A stretch of 39,442 nt of DNA from Octopus bimaculoides. Lineage: Eukaryota. A program made the translations under genes and the position numbers. Of the stretch, positions 23,509-37,574 are shown one piece after another. The stretch covers positions 95,733,049-95,772,490 of the forward strand of contig NC_068982.1 in the NCBI RefSeq assembly GCF_001194135.2, in the 5' to 3' direction. Position 1 is the stretch's first letter. Each line of letters starts with the position of its first letter. The notes below the pieces were generated by a model that was given only the letters and a program-made list of their open reading frames with translations, did not search any database and was not told the DNA's origin.

Positions 23509-23700
23509 TATTTATTTATTTTGATGACACATAGCCAAAATTTTGTGGGTAAAGAATGAGACTGGTACTTTGTTTATATCTCATAGAAGGATTATGGGCA
23601 AAGTCGGCCCCATTGATTTGAACTCAGAATGTAGAGTAACATAGCTAAATGGTGCCCGTTATGTCCAGGACCCTACGATTTCTGTCATACTGCATTCCTT
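23095..23700. mobile_element. Cluster of family A SINE pieces in both orientations around a (CAT)n(TAT)n(TTTA)n tract
   Basis: 23095-23268 (-), 23270-23460 (+), 23545-23700 (-) share family A motifs. Confidence 0.75.
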
Positions 23701-23806
23701 TGGGCATCTCAAACACTAGGAAATAATTAGATTTAAACACTTGGAATAATTAGATGTTTTGGGACCCAGTATTACTAATTGTAATTTTTTATTAAATGCA
23801 GCAATC

Positions 23807-23882
23807 TGATGATGATGATGATGATGATGATGATGACGATGACGATGACGACGACGGCGACGACGACGGCGACGACGATGAC
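23807..23882. repeat. (GAT)n(GAC)n triplet repeat
   Basis: Direct reading. Confidence 0.95.
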
Positions 23883-25219
23883 ATAAGGATGCATGCAGGA
23901 ACAAGCTAAATTTATACCACAGCAAGCAGTCTTTGAAAGAAAATACCGTAGGCTCTCACACGTGTGAAATGATGAGTGGAAAAATTTCGATCACATGAGA
24001 TTATGCAAACAATCAGAAAATAAAAAATCCCTCTTGTTGTTTAAATAACAAGGTAAATGAGGGATGCTATAAGTAACGGAGAGAGAGAAAAAAATCATTG
24101 CAAAATATCTATGCCAACTGACACAAAAGTCAATTGATTTTCTTTGCTTTCACCTCCTAAATATTGACAGTGCGTAGTTAAATAAAGTATTTATTAATAC
24201 AGAAAGAGACACGGCCAGTATATATTAGGAGCAACTATGGACGCCTCTTGGCCTCCTAGAAATAGCAAATATATCTGCCTCAAATCATATGCCACCATCT
24301 TTAAAAAAGCATGCATTGCTTAAGAGTTGCTAGATACAGTTTCTGAAAAAATACTTTATGTAGCGAATTAAGTCACTTGAAATAGATTGCATAAGCTAAT
24401 ACTTCTAGTGTATGGCCAATATGATAAGCAAATGCAACATAAACGATGAAGAAACGAATCGGAGCATGGCTGGCTGGGTGACTAAATTGTTCATTTCACA
24501 ATCACACGGTTTCAAGTTTGATCTCATTGCACTGAACCTTGGAAACTAGCCTTCCACACACCGTATTGAGAGAGAATGGGTAAACAAAAAACTGGACAGA
24601 AACTCCTTGGATTATACATATTTTTACGTGGTAGACCTCCCGCTTTGCCACCACCTCATGGCGCTTGGATGTCTTCAGCAAAATGTACTGTGCCGTAAGT
24701 ATTTAAACATTGTCTGTCTGAGGAAAATCAATATCCTAATTCACTTCTTCCTAGTAAGGTGACCACGAGTTGTGATATTTTTGCCCCGGTTTCTCACCAG
24801 TCTCAGTGGTTTTGTAAAATATCATGGGTTTAGCCCGTCATCATCTGATTAAGCCATTAAAAAAACAAATATATTGGAATCCTCAAAAGAATGAATGCAT
24901 TGAACGCGTATAGCGTTGACTACTGAAAAATAAAGCCCATCTGGAGCAATGGATATGTGTATCTCACCGAGTAGTATGACCTAAAATCTACCTGTTATAG
25001 ATCAGCTAGATAAGCTGGATTAGCGCTGAACAATAACTCCCCGTAAAATGTTTTATACGAAAACAGGAGACACCACTCTGAAGATCGATTGTGTAAGCAT
25101 TAAGACAAAATTATAGAAGTTTTGGAAAATATAGTTCGTGATTAAACAAATACAACAAAAACAACAATTTTAAAGGTCTCGGCACCATCATCACTTTTAT
25201 ATTCGACAAATACCTCAAA

Positions 25220-25462
25220 GGCTTATTGGTTAGGGGGCTGTACTCAAGATCGTATGATTGTGGTTTCGATTCCTAGACCGGGCGACGCGTTGTGTTCTTG
25301 AGCAAATCACTTCATTTCACGTTGCTCCAGTACACTCAGATGGCAAAAATGAGTAATCTTGCAATGGATAGGAGTCCCGCCCAGGTGGGGAATATAAGCG
25401 CTATGAAACCGGGAAACTGGTCCTTATGAGTCGGTATGACTCGTGAAGGTAACTTTACCTTT
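25220..25462 (+). mobile_element. tRNA-derived SINE, family D
   Basis: TTGGTTAGGG...GGTTTCGATTCCTAGACCGGGCG head (also seen in 30941-31309) and a TTGTGTTCTTGAGCAAATCACTT...GATGG body. Confidence 0.65.
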
Positions 25463-26529
25463 TCTTTTTTACTACCTCGAAACAATAGTGGATTACTATG
25501 GAATACCATTGGTGACTCCTAATGAGAGGGGGGAGAAAGAGAGAGAGACAGTGGGAAAAGCGACTCCGGTATTTGACTGATTGGCATTGCATTTTGTCGT
25601 CCCGAAAGGAGATGAAGCGAAGTTGACTAACTGAAATTGAACTCAGAAGGCAAAAAGTAAAGCATTTGTCCAAGATTGTAACAATTCTGGTAATTGACTG
25701 CATCTAAAAGAAAATGAAACAAAAATAGGAACTTTAAAAAAGAACGCTTTTCAAACTGCCACTGTATATGAATAAGGTCCTTGCTTTGAAATCATCCAGA
25801 GTTATAGTACAAGTATAACGAGCTTTTAACTCATTCTTCTCTTTTATTAATATTAGACGACATTCATATCTTTTTTTAAATAAATAAATAAGCTGAAATT
25901 GAAGAATAGTGCTAAGTCAGGTTAGAAAGAACCTACAGTTGTTGTTATTCTATGACACTTGCTAACCGTTACTAAATTTCAAACCAAAACCAATTCAAAC
26001 AGAATATTGATTCCAAACATTGATACAGCGCCACATATTTTGAGAGAGGTGGGGAAGAGGTCTATATCGGTCTCAGTGCTTGAACTCGGAAGGATCAAAG
26101 GTGAAGCCCCATTCAGCGAGCTTATTAAAATAAAATAATATTTATTCCTGATACTGAATATGGATCTCTTTTGAGAAGGCATAAGCGTTTAATATATTTG
26201 TAGTGTGTACAATTTTACTAAGGACATCGGCAGTTAAATAAATTATCTCCTCGAAGAATTGCAACTACATGTCAGATTCTATAGGAACTCGTCATTTACT
26301 CAGCAGCTCTCACTACAAAACAATCATTTCTTACATTGGTGTAAAAGTACAGATTTTGCAAAAAGGAATATATTTGAAGGAACTGAGTCCGTTAGGTACT
26401 TGGACCAAATGCCTCTCGTAATTAGTGAGGTTCTTTTACGCTTTGAGTTTCAATTCCCATCGGTGCCAACTCTGCCTTTATCCTTCCAAATGAAATAAAG
26501 TACCAATCAAAATCTTAAATGATTTACTC

Positions 26530-26890
26530 AATTTCCCATACATCATCTCATGATGCACCTGGACACATCATCTGTAATGTTATTTGGGATTGTTGGGTGT
26601 TTTGGATCTTTCAACAAATAGAAACCCTCGCCAAAGTGATCAAGGCTCTGCTTTTGTCCTGGCTGTACTACACCATCCATAGCTCGCTTCTTCTGACTTA
26701 CAGACATCCTGAAGTCATTTCTTTTTCCTACTTAGCTAACTCGGTTGCCTTCTATCTACTGGTTCCTGTGATACCCAACATTTTATGTGCTTTGCAGAGG
26801 CATTGCCCGGCGAATCCTTAGTATCTCACCTCAGTGGACTCACTCCTTGGTCACCACCCAGTGTTTCGACAGCTCAGTATATTTTGCTCA
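26530..26890 (-). mobile_element. Highly decayed RTE-type LINE C-terminal fragment
   Basis: Minus-strand pieces resembling LYGxETWVVTK, IRRAM, VRSQKKR; many frameshifts. Confidence 0.4.
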
Positions 26891-29800
26891 CTTCAATAAC
26901 AACTAAGCTTCCAATAGGTAAACATTGGTTTGCGTAAAGCCAATACGCCTTCTTAGAAAAAAGTTACAGAATTATGGATGACAATTCAAAGCGAACAAGG
27001 AGAAGAAGGCCTTCCCTCAGAAATACATAAGGTGACCTTGAAAGCAGCTGAGATCGACATCAGGGAAAAAGAAGTTGCTGATGGCCTATGTTGTATAGGG
27101 AACGAAGGGCTTAAATATGTTTTATGTTACTGTAAATGAAATGTCACCTAAAATTAAACATGTCTTGGAAAATAGATGTATAATTCTTCCGACAATCATT
27201 ATTTTAACATTTGAAGTTAATTCCTGTTTTTAAAAAAAGTCTCGAATCTCCCTCGCAGGTAATTTTACTTTAAACATTCTATAATATATTTTCAGTACTT
27301 CAGCTTATACGAAACACAACATAATTATATTGTAATAGTAAATGATTACCTGTTAGATAGAATGGCGAAGGTTTTCTTTTTTTGTTTGGTTTTCTTTTGA
27401 CAGTTCAATAATGAATCACATATAAATATGTTATATGTAGATGTATTTCTTGCATAGAAACTTCAGAATGAGTCTCTTGCAATCTGTCATCCTTAACAGG
27501 ATAATAGCGTTAAATCAAGCAGAGAATAAATTTTGACAAAAAGTTGAATATATGCTCTATCTTTATACATAGAAACATTTTTAATGACGTAATTCGTCAA
27601 ATTTTGGATTCTGTCCAATCATAAGCTGAAGAGATTTACAAACTGTGAATATCTATAGCAGCATTTTAAATATTGCAATAAAAGATATATGATCGTATGA
27701 AATGACTAACATATACGATCATATAATATCAATGCTGCAATAGTGTAGAAGATTTTTAGTGAATATATATTATTTAGACAGAAACAAGTGTGTCGCAGTT
27801 TTATGAAATCTTTTGAGATTTCAAGGAAATTTTGAAAAAATTGATGCACCGAAATTGATAAGTTAAGGTTTTGGAGTAACTTTAAATTTAAAGTAATGTA
27901 GTTTACAGTTTAAGGTGCCAATTTTTTAAACGTATTTTCAGGTTTCTACTGAAACAGCAGTTATGGTAGAAAAAAAATTAAAGAAGCTGATTAGTATTTT
28001 TTATATTATTTTATTTTTGCAGCTAAAAGTATTGAGATGAATGAGAAATATTGATTTCTTTTAGAAACGTTTTTTACTGATTTGGATCTGTGAATACTTA
28101 AAAGATAAAATCATTCTTATATTGGCAAAATAAAATAGTGTTCAGTATGCTCCATCTTTTTATCCACAACCGTCACTCGAATCAGTTACCACTAATAATA
28201 GATTATTCCAGTTTTCGCCAGTTTGTCGCAGATATTACTCATAACAAGATTTGTACCAAGCAAAGCAACTATGGAAATTGTGTGAGTTACACAGCGTTGC
28301 TCCTGTTTTCAATGGTGAAATCTGTCTCTTCGTGATTAGTACACAAATGGGTAGACTCAGCCAGCAAGAATTAAACTGAGCAGCAAGGACCAGCATATGA
28401 TCAGCATAGTTAGTTGCTTAAAAACATTGATAGGCTACAACTTTCAAACACATGTATCGATTATAGATAATGGCCATTTGATGCATTTATGTGTACATAT
28501 CTAGCTGCAGTCATTATGGACCTCGTGTATTATAATAAATATCTTTGATGGTATTCACTAATCCAACAACTGCATTAAATTTAGAAATGAGTATTATATG
28601 TTTTACTTAAGTCCAGATCTTTGCACATCATCGTGCAAATACTTCGGACAATATAAATGCAAATACTATGGACATATTTCAATTGAGAGTTATCTCCTGT
28701 ATTCTTCATGCATGGTGAATTATAGTGTTGCACTTCTATAATAGTTTCGCATATAGACTAGGAAAACTAAGTATGTTTCTATCGATTTTTTCTTTTCTTT
28801 TTTTAATGTCAGCCAATTTAGAATATATTCTAGTTACTGTATTAGATATCTTGGTGTTTAAACTATTGATATAACTGCTAGTCTGCTGGGTTGAAAGCAT
28901 AGGGATTTTAACAGCATACGACTGCTGTTATCCAAACGTTTTGCAAAGCTTAGTAAGGAAACAATGTGGGAATTAAAGATGTTTTTGCATTGTTTGGTTG
29001 TCACAATTATTTTCCATTGTGGTTGTGTAAATTGCGCTAGGCTTTTGTAGAACGTAGCTCAATCTCTCGTCTATGATTCGCAATCGATTATGCCAAATGG
29101 TGAACATATTAGGTGGGTGGAATGACAAATACAAAGCAAATGTAACAAAGATGTACAACGAGTATATCAGTTGTAAACACAGGTTTGACATTGTGAGCAT
29201 ATGAATATATATTTGTGTGCGTTTGTGTGCCTGAAAGTCTGTGCAAATGTAAAACCTTTGCTTAACCAATGGGTCATAAATAAGGTGATGTATCTTGTGA
29301 ATAAAATAGTCTCTGGAAAGTATAACGACGCATGAAATATCAATGAAATCAATCATGGCTCAAAATAGAAAAACTAATGAAAACGTTTAATGGATTGTCT
29401 GGCAAATAGCAATGTCACGTGTGAAACGATGTTTCATAAGAGTAATGTATGTGATTGGGTGGAAATGTGTATAGTGAGATTAGAAATATTTTTTTGAATA
29501 AGACGTTCGATCAACCACAAGAAACACAACATTTGAATGATGTTTAATCGAAAAGTAACAAATCGATAAAACGAAACAAATCACTCTTAATTTCAAAAAT
29601 ATTGATCAGACTTCAGTGGTGTTTGATCCCTTATTAACTGCTGTATTAATTTCAGCTTTTTTTTTTTTTTCAGAAAGTAGGAATACCTATGGCGAATCCT
29701 ATAAGCCATAGAGGCACTACATAAAACTTTCTTTTCGTGTAGTATGTCTAGAACAAATAACAGTTTCATGCTAACATCTGAAATTGTAGCTAGGATTGAC

Positions 29801-30940
29801 CACAGCATGCCAGATAATAAAACCGTCATCATTTTTTCTGTGTTTCCACTGCTTACCATCCTCTGCTACATACATAGAGCTAGATGCACTACTTCATTGA
29901 AAGAATTTGTATTCAACTAGCTTGGCAAGTAATCCCGGTTGAGCACACATAACCCCACAATGTATTGCGAGTTAAGTGAGGGGAAGTGGTTCAACTCAAA
30001 TAGAACCTGCATCAGCTTCTGCGGGGATCTTCATCATTCTATGGTACTTACACAGTAGAAGCGAATATATTGCTTCACTATTAAACCAATAAATACAATC
30101 TTAACCGACATAGACCACCATCACTCTACTTCAATTATGCTTTTTATCTAAATATGTGTGCGTGTGTAATGTAGCGTATGTTAGCGTGTATTCATGTGTT
30201 TGTATATGTATGCAGACACGAGTATTTTTTTCTTTTATTTCTATTATACAAACATGCATATTCATGTCGTTGCTTTTCAGTTTTACATTAGGTAAACAAT
30301 GCTTGTTTACAGAAAAAAATGTTTCTGTATTCTTTAATTACGAAATCGGAATATTATTTCTAATTTAACCAGCTACATTTTTCTCAAACCAATTTCATTA
30401 CGTTTTTGTTTTCTTTTTTATATATCATTTTTATATTACTACCATAAGAGAAAACGATTCAAAGCAACAGAAAACTTTGGTTAAGTTTATTTGTGTTCAA
30501 AATGTATCCGAGAAAAACATCTTGAAAGCTCAATGCTATCCTTTTGTAAAACATTTTATGGTGAATATGAAATCAATATCTATTTATAATCTGCATTTCA
30601 AGTAGTAGTCCAATGCAACAGCAAACCTCATACGTAATATAAAAACAATATTTTTGTGTAAAGGACGAGCAGCAAAATTCTTTCCTACTGTTATATTTAA
30701 TTGGTATTTATACTTACATATAAATGTATAAATAACGATAATGCCTGTATGATAATTGTAACTGAAACAGGAATTGTTTTCTCAGAATATTTTGAATCTT
30801 TCGACTCGTAAAATAATTTTATGGTTGATTGTAAAGAAAGAAACGAAGATGGATAGATAGATAGAATCTTGTAAATCATTTTTGTTTCCTCAATGAGCTC
30901 GTTTAACGAAGTAGCCAGAAGCCTATAAAGACAATACTAC

Positions 30941-31309
30941 GGCACTCCGTCGGTTACGACGACGAGGGTTCCAGTTGATCCGATCAACGGATCAGCCTTC
31001 TCGTGAAATTAACGTGCAAGTGGCTGAGCACTCCTCAGACACGTGTACTCATAACGTAGTTCTAGGAGAGATTCAGCGTGACACAGTGTTACAAGGCTGG
31101 CCCTTTGAAATACAGGTGGAACAAGAACAGGAAGAAAGAGTGAAAGTTGTGGTGAAAGAGTACAGCAAGGTTCGCCACCACCTCCTGCTGGAGCCTCGCG
31201 GAGCTTTAAGTGTTTTCGCTCAATAAACACTCACAACGCCCGGTCTGGGAATCGAAACCGCGTTCCTATGAACGCGAATTCGCTTTTCTAACCACTGGGC
31301 CATTGCACC
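30941..31309 (-). mobile_element. tRNA-derived SINE with RTE-like 3' tail
   Basis: Minus head GGTGCAATGGCCCAGTGGTTAG...GGTTTCGATTCCCAGACCGGGCG; tail GATCGGATCAACTGGAACCCTCGTCGTCGTAACCGACGGAGTGCC. Confidence 0.75.
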
Positions 31310-32144
31310 TTCACCTATAAAGACAATAATAGTTATTTTAATGCAATAAGTGACTGACGAGTTGAGGTTTATAAACTTCTAAAGAATTGCATGATGTCAG
31401 ATAAAGTGTCGGGTCACTAAGCTCTAGAATTATTAGCTAGCATTCTACCAGTAGTTCGTCTATTGTATATTTGGATAATGCACCACTTTATATCTGTTCA
31501 ATTTATCTCTCTGTAAGCAGATGAGTTGATGAACTAACTGCTGTAATATAACGTGTTGCTTGGCTGTTTACAAAACTGAGGTCAAATCCTTTCACACAAA
31601 AATATAAACCTTACACACCCAACAGCATATTTCCCACTCGCGGTGTATTTGTCTAGCTTCATCTTATGACCTTAGAAAATACAAAATATTTTACACCAGA
31701 AACTGCATACATATGTTGTTGTTGTTGTTGTTGTTTAACCACCGGTCAACTGCAGGAAATTGACCAAATACTTTTGAACAGTGACTATCTCTGATGACTA
31801 CCTAAGATGACATTATCCCTTTCTTTTTATGAAACTGCTAGATTTTACTCGAGTGAGATTTTGTTGCTGTTGCGAGAATGTGCATATACGTACTATTTAG
31901 CCCCAGGTCAGCAATGACAGAAAAATTACGATCAAAGGTATTCCAGTCATGACCAACCCGTCTTTTATTCAGTGAACCTAATGCTACATTATTTAATTTG
32001 TTTTAGCATTTTAAAGACATTAGAGTATGATTTTAGAAAAATTTGGCTGCTACTTATAACAAATCGAGGGACCACACAGAGGCTTCCTCCTTGTTTAAAT
32101 GATAAATATGTTGATATGGAATGTGTCAGTATATATGTTTATTA

Positions 32145-32357
32145 AGGCAGCGAGATGACAGAAACGTTAGCACGCCGGGCGAAATACTTAGAGGTATTTC
32201 GTCTGTCTTCATGTTCTGAGTTCAAATTCCCCCGAGGTCGACTTTGCCTTTCATCCTTTCGGCGTCGATAAATTAAGTACCAGTTGCGTACTGGGATCGA
32301 TCTAATCGACTAGCCCCCTCCCCCAAAGTTTCAGGCCTTGTACCTAGAGTAGAAAAG
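32145..32357 (+). mobile_element. tRNA-derived SINE, family A, near full length
   Basis: Colinear with 15939-16152. Confidence 0.9.
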
Positions 32358-32399
32358 TATATATGTTTATTTGTAAGCATACATTCACGAGTATATATG

Positions 32400-33450
32400 C
32401 ACATTAAGTCGGAAAGAAACCTCTGTCACATTTTTGAAGTCAAGCAGAAATAACCAATGGAGCCATCTCCTAGGAAATGATTATACCGAGTGAAATTCCA
32501 CTTCCTGAGGCCACTAGGAATTATAGTGACTCTCTCTTATGCCCTCAGCTATATAGACAGCAGCCCTCACTAACTGTGCAAACCATACAGAAGTATCTCA
32601 GTTAAAAGAACCCTGGAGATGCCTCGCGCAAGCCAAATAGCTTAAATGCTATCTATAAGAGAAAACAACATGCAATTTAATGCTAACAAACCTAAAGCCT
32701 TCAGCTATCAGCACAAAATGTTAAATGCAATGCAGGCAAAATACACTGGACTTGGATGAATTGCATTGCCAGAGTTACAATCACTACGTAGCCTGGGCAT
32801 TAACGGAGTAATGATGCATTTTTTCATGGGCATATTACTAAAAAGATAATGAAGTGTAGACGGTTGGCCAGATCAATTCTAAGATCTTTCATAATATGAT
32901 GATAAAGAAACTATGATGGTCCTCTGGAGGACATTTGTCTTCAGACTTCTGAATTATTGCTTCCGAACTCTGGCCACAACATACTTTGAAATTAATGGTA
33001 AGGTCTGAAGCAATCCATCGCTGCTACAGGAAGAGGGTTGTCTCAGATCAGAGACGAGGAAAAGTTGAAAAAAGTCTATTCGCTAGAGCGAAGTCAGAAA
33101 AAATTATACAGTAACATATGTCTGGAAAATCATGTAAGTGCTTACTTCAAACTCTGGCTATGAAAGCTATACTAATCCTCGAATATAGTGCTACTGCACG
33201 GTGCCAAAGATCCTGTTCATGCCATTCAAAATTGGAAAAAGACACTGCGATAGCTTAAGGTTCAAAGGTCAACAGCTTTTTTAATATCCAACCGAAAGAT
33301 TCTGTAGTTGTACATATTTTCATAAGGTAACTAAACCATCTACTGTCTAGAATTACAAGCGCCTGTCAGCAAAGAGCAATTCCCAGAGGGTATTACTGCA
33401 CAGGAGACCATTAGTTTTGCAGCAGAATCTAGTACTTGCCCATTATAAGA
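32400..33450 (+). mobile_element. CR1/L2-group LINE, decayed RT 3' half
   Basis: Fragments NNMQFNA, DKETMMVLWRTFV, YSLERS, YVWKI, CDSLRFKG.QLFNI across frames. Confidence 0.7.
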
Positions 33451-33459
33451 ATACAAAAT

Positions 33460-34880
33460 CCTTATTGCAACGATCACCCGGGAAGATGCAGAACAGTCTA
33501 GTGGGAACGTCTGAGTCATGACATTCAAGCTGCTGTTGATGTAAATGACAAGAAGCTCTTCCGTCTTATGAAGCAAGTTTAAGATCCAAAGGATTCTGCA
33601 TCACTTTCTTTACTTCCAAAGGAGATCTCTACCCTACTTACTAAATCAATAGAAATCACAGGTCGCTGGATTGAACCTTTTTTCGAACATTCAAACCATG
33701 AGTCGGTTGTAAATGAAGCAGAATTGTCACATTCAACAAATACCTGTCATTATCGACTCATTGAACTCTGCACCCTCAACAGATGAGGTAGTAACAGCAA
33801 AAAGTAAACTGAATCTTGGTAAAGTACCTAGTAGAGACGGCATTTGCTCTGTGGTTTTACGCTTTGGTGGTGATCGTATCACACAAAATTTTCACAAGTT
33901 TCTTAGTGTAGTTTGGGGAGATGATGCTGTTCCTAAGGACTGGAAAGATGCAATTATTCTTCCTGTCTATAAAGGAAAGGAAGTCAGAATAAAGTGTGGC
34001 AACTATAGAGATATTACCCTACTGTCAGCTGCTGGCAAAGTTCTGGCAAGTACTTTTCTTATCCGCCTTGTAAATGATGTCCTATCTGAGTTACAATGTG
34101 GCTTCCGTTCCGCTAGAAGAACAATAGACATGTTTTTCACAGCAAAATAAATTCAGGAGAAGTGTTATGAACAGAATATAGATTTTGTCCAGGTTTTCAT
34201 TCATTTAACCAAAGATTTCGATACTGTAAATAGGGCCTTCAAGTGGAAAATACTCGGCAAACTCTCCGGGTCACTTTGTATCGATAATAAAATCATTTTA
34301 TGACAGGATGGAAACATGGGTCAATGTCGGTGATGGCATAATAGTACCCACTCCTGTAGAGAATGATGTCAAGCAAGTTGACACCTTTGCCCCAACTCTC
34401 TTTTCATTGTAATTTGCTGTTACTCTCACTTACACTTTTACTGTGAATTGCTTTCCTGGTATACATGTGAGCTATTTATTTTCAGATCGTCTCTTCAACT
34501 TGCATTGATTTGCTGCCCAATTCGAAAAATTCTCAGTCTCTTACTCGTGACTCCTTTATGTGGATGATTGTGACTTAATTGCTCATGCAGTTGAAGATAT
34601 GTAAATTCTCGTGGAGAAGGTTAAAATTTTAGGAAAATGTTCCGTTCTAGATCATTCATCATGGAGGAAATTAGTGTCTGATGGTAGGAGGGAAATCGAA
34701 CGAAGTCGCATCAAACAGAATAGAGCAAGAACGCTATTCCTAAGAGGATTGATAAGAATTTGAGTATGTTGGTACACAGCCTAATTTAACATGTAAGGAG
34801 TAACGAGTGTGAGCGTATCTTTCCCAGAAAGGCAAGTCTTAGAAATTATCAGAGAAGACACATACTCAGGGAGGTTGTTA
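33460..34880 (+). mobile_element. RTE (BovB-like) LINE fragment, decayed, with internal deletion
   Basis: EITGRWIE, KVPSRDGI, PKDWKDAIILPVYKGK, CGNYRDITLLSAAGKVLA, SELQCGFRS, DLTK-like/FDTVNR, then DRSSWRKLV and a degenerate terminal zinc-finger-like piece. Confidence 0.85.
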
Positions 34881-35237
34881 ATTATGCACTATACGACATC
34901 CACACTTTCATGGAAGGTGGACTGAAATGTCCTGTAAAGGTTCTCCAAAACAATATTGTAATACCTACAATACCGGTTCTCATTGTTGCCACGTCTGTAC
35001 AAAACAGTATAAGTATCTAACAGGAATGAGAAACTACATCTCTGTTGGTCATGTTTAAGAGAACCTTCATGCAATACCATTACTTGCTATCGAGTTGCAA
35101 CCATCATATGTGCATGCATATATATATCTATATATATGTATATGTATGTATGTATATACATATATATAAATTAACAAATGAATTTAAACGCAGGTGTTAT
35201 TCAAATCTTTATACTTCCGTCATATGTTTCAAAGAAA

Positions 35238-37192
35238 CTTATGTCTATCGTGAGGAATATGAAATTCCATCGCTCACCCTTAAGGAGTAAACATCTGAGG
35301 TATCTTCCCAATATCACCAAAGAAATTCATAACACTGATGGGATACAACTTCAATCTGATAAAACAGGAAACTTATACAGATTTGCCAAGGATTACTACC
35401 TAGAATTGCTTAGGAAAAAAATACAAAAGAATTATAGGATTACTGGTAAAAGTGCTATCAGGAAAGCCAACCTTGAGGCTAAGAAAATTATGAAGAAATA
35501 TGACTTGCAGATGAAGACTGAACCTCTTGATCCCAAACAACCTCGTTTTATTTTAAAGGACCACAAACCAATTTTTTTTAATAACCCAGCTTTACGACTT
35601 ATTTGTCCTTCTAGCTCTGATATCGGTGTACTTAGCAAAAATATTCTAGATAAATATATTCTTACTTTAGCTAAAAAATTAAAGTTTAATTTATGGTCTA
35701 ATTCGTTCCAAGTGGTCGACTGGTTTAATTCTATTAATAACAAGAAGTGCACTAAGTTTATCCAGTTCGACATTTCTAGTTACTATTCTTCTATTAACCC
35801 AATTGTACTCAACAAAGCACTCTGGTTCGCACACAACGAAGCAGGTCTCACAAGGGATAAAATTAACGTGGTGTTAGCTGCTAGAAAATCAATCAATGGA
35901 GATTTATATCGTGACGATTGTCTACTCTACCTTCAAAATGTTTCTAACAAAAAATTACAAAGGGTTAAAAATAGGTCGGTTAAATTTTTCCGAAACATGG
36001 GCTTAAATATTGTTTTCGATGATGACATAACTAAAGCGAACATTTTGGATATTTCCTTTAACTTATATAATGATTCATATTTCCCATACCATAAACCCTC
36101 AACTAATTTATAATATATTAGCTCTTTCAGTAATCATTCAAAGGCTATTACAAGGAATTTAGTTAGAAATATTTCACTTAGACTTTCTAAATTATCTGCC
36201 AACGATAAAGCCGAATTTTATAACTCTGCCTTACTTAAAGCAGGCTATAAAGAAAAGATTACCTATATTAACCCTATTGACATTAATTCTACCTCTATTA
36301 ATCAGGACATGAAAACACGTCATAACGGTAATAACAATATAAATTTTAGTTCGAATAACAACACTAAATCGAAAAATGTAATTTTGCAGAGTAAGAGAGA
36401 TAACCGTTTTTAAGTCCCTTTATACGTAATAAAAATAAATCTAGGACTTTTAAAGATAGTTACCTCAATATCAAGGTATGTCCTAGTAAAACTGTTTGAT
36501 TGATAATTCCATATGGTAAGCAGATCAAATCCAGCCTCCCTTGTCAGTTTCGTGAAGTTATAGATAAGAATTTCCCAAAAAAATTCAAGATACCATTCTA
36601 TTATCAATTCACACCGAATTAGAATAGGGTTTTCAAACACCGAAAACCTTTCATCAATCATCACTTCACTTTAAAATTAGTTGTTTAATACAAATCCACT
36701 AAATGAAAATAATAACATTGATATTATTAACACTAACCATTCTTTGAACGGTAATAACAACAACATTAATATTTCTGATATAAATTCGAATCGTATTCGT
36801 TTCCTTGGGAGTAATTCTAAGACTAGAAATTCTGTTTATCAATGTAAAATTACTTCCGGTTCGGATGTCTTTTTTACATAGGTAGTTCTTCATCTCAGTT
36901 GTCAAAAAGAATATCTAAACATTACTCTACCTTTAGATATATCAATAAACGCAACAATACTGGGCTTAGTATATTCATGTGGTCTCTAAAGGAACATAAT
37001 AAACAATTTGATTTGGAATTGAATATTCTATCTAGATCTTTCCCATATGATAAAGGTAAATCTTTTTGTCCGCTCTGTAACGAAGAGCAATATCTCATTC
37101 TGTTCTCGGAGAATTCTCTTGCAAACACGTTTAAAGAATGCGTTTATCGTTGCAAACATTGGCAAAAGCATACCTTTAGTTCCTATGAGTAA
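35238..37192 (+). pseudogene. PLE polyprotein pseudogene
   Basis: SDKTGNLY, LKDHKP, RLICPS, FIQFDISSYYSSI, LYRDD, ANILDISFNL, FPYHKP, SNHSKAI; GIY-YIG as VYQCKIT...YIG (frameshifted), C-terminal CPLCNEE...CKH*. Confidence 0.88.
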
Positions 37193-37487
37193 TTTCTACC
37201 AATTTATAGAATTCGATCTTTAACTGTCTTCATACAATTCATTTCCACTACATATATCTATTCCTACGATTTTAAGCTTTATTCCCATTCATCTATCGCA
37301 CTATATTTCTCCACTCTTAATTTTCTGTTAATTTCTTCTTTCTCCTCTTTCTCTTTCTCTAAATTATCTTTGACCTTAAATCTATTAACGGTTTTTTTTA
37401 ATAACTTGCCAGCGTTCCCCTACATCATATATGCGGTAATCACATTCACTTAAAATGGCTTAGTGATGTGTTATGTTTCTCTTTTTT

Positions 37488-37574
37488 CTTCCCTGGCGAG
37501 ATGATTGCATTGTCTTACATCATTTTATCCCTTCGTAACAATATCAATGTTTTCTTCGAAACATATGTCGGCAG
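37488..37574 (+). ncRNA. Degenerate type I hammerhead ribozyme in the PLE 3' tail
   Basis: CTTCC-CTGGCGA-[long stem II region]-CGAAAC-ATAT-GTC-GGCAG: one core change (A6 to G), palindromic stem III ACATATGT, stem I CTTCC/GGCAG (GGAAG in the inverted copy). Confidence 0.55.

Noticed and set aside
28147-28378. Second FN3-like impression (APSFYPQPSLESVTTN...)
   Set aside because: Internal stop, no conserved Trp/Tyr positions, splice phase not fitting.
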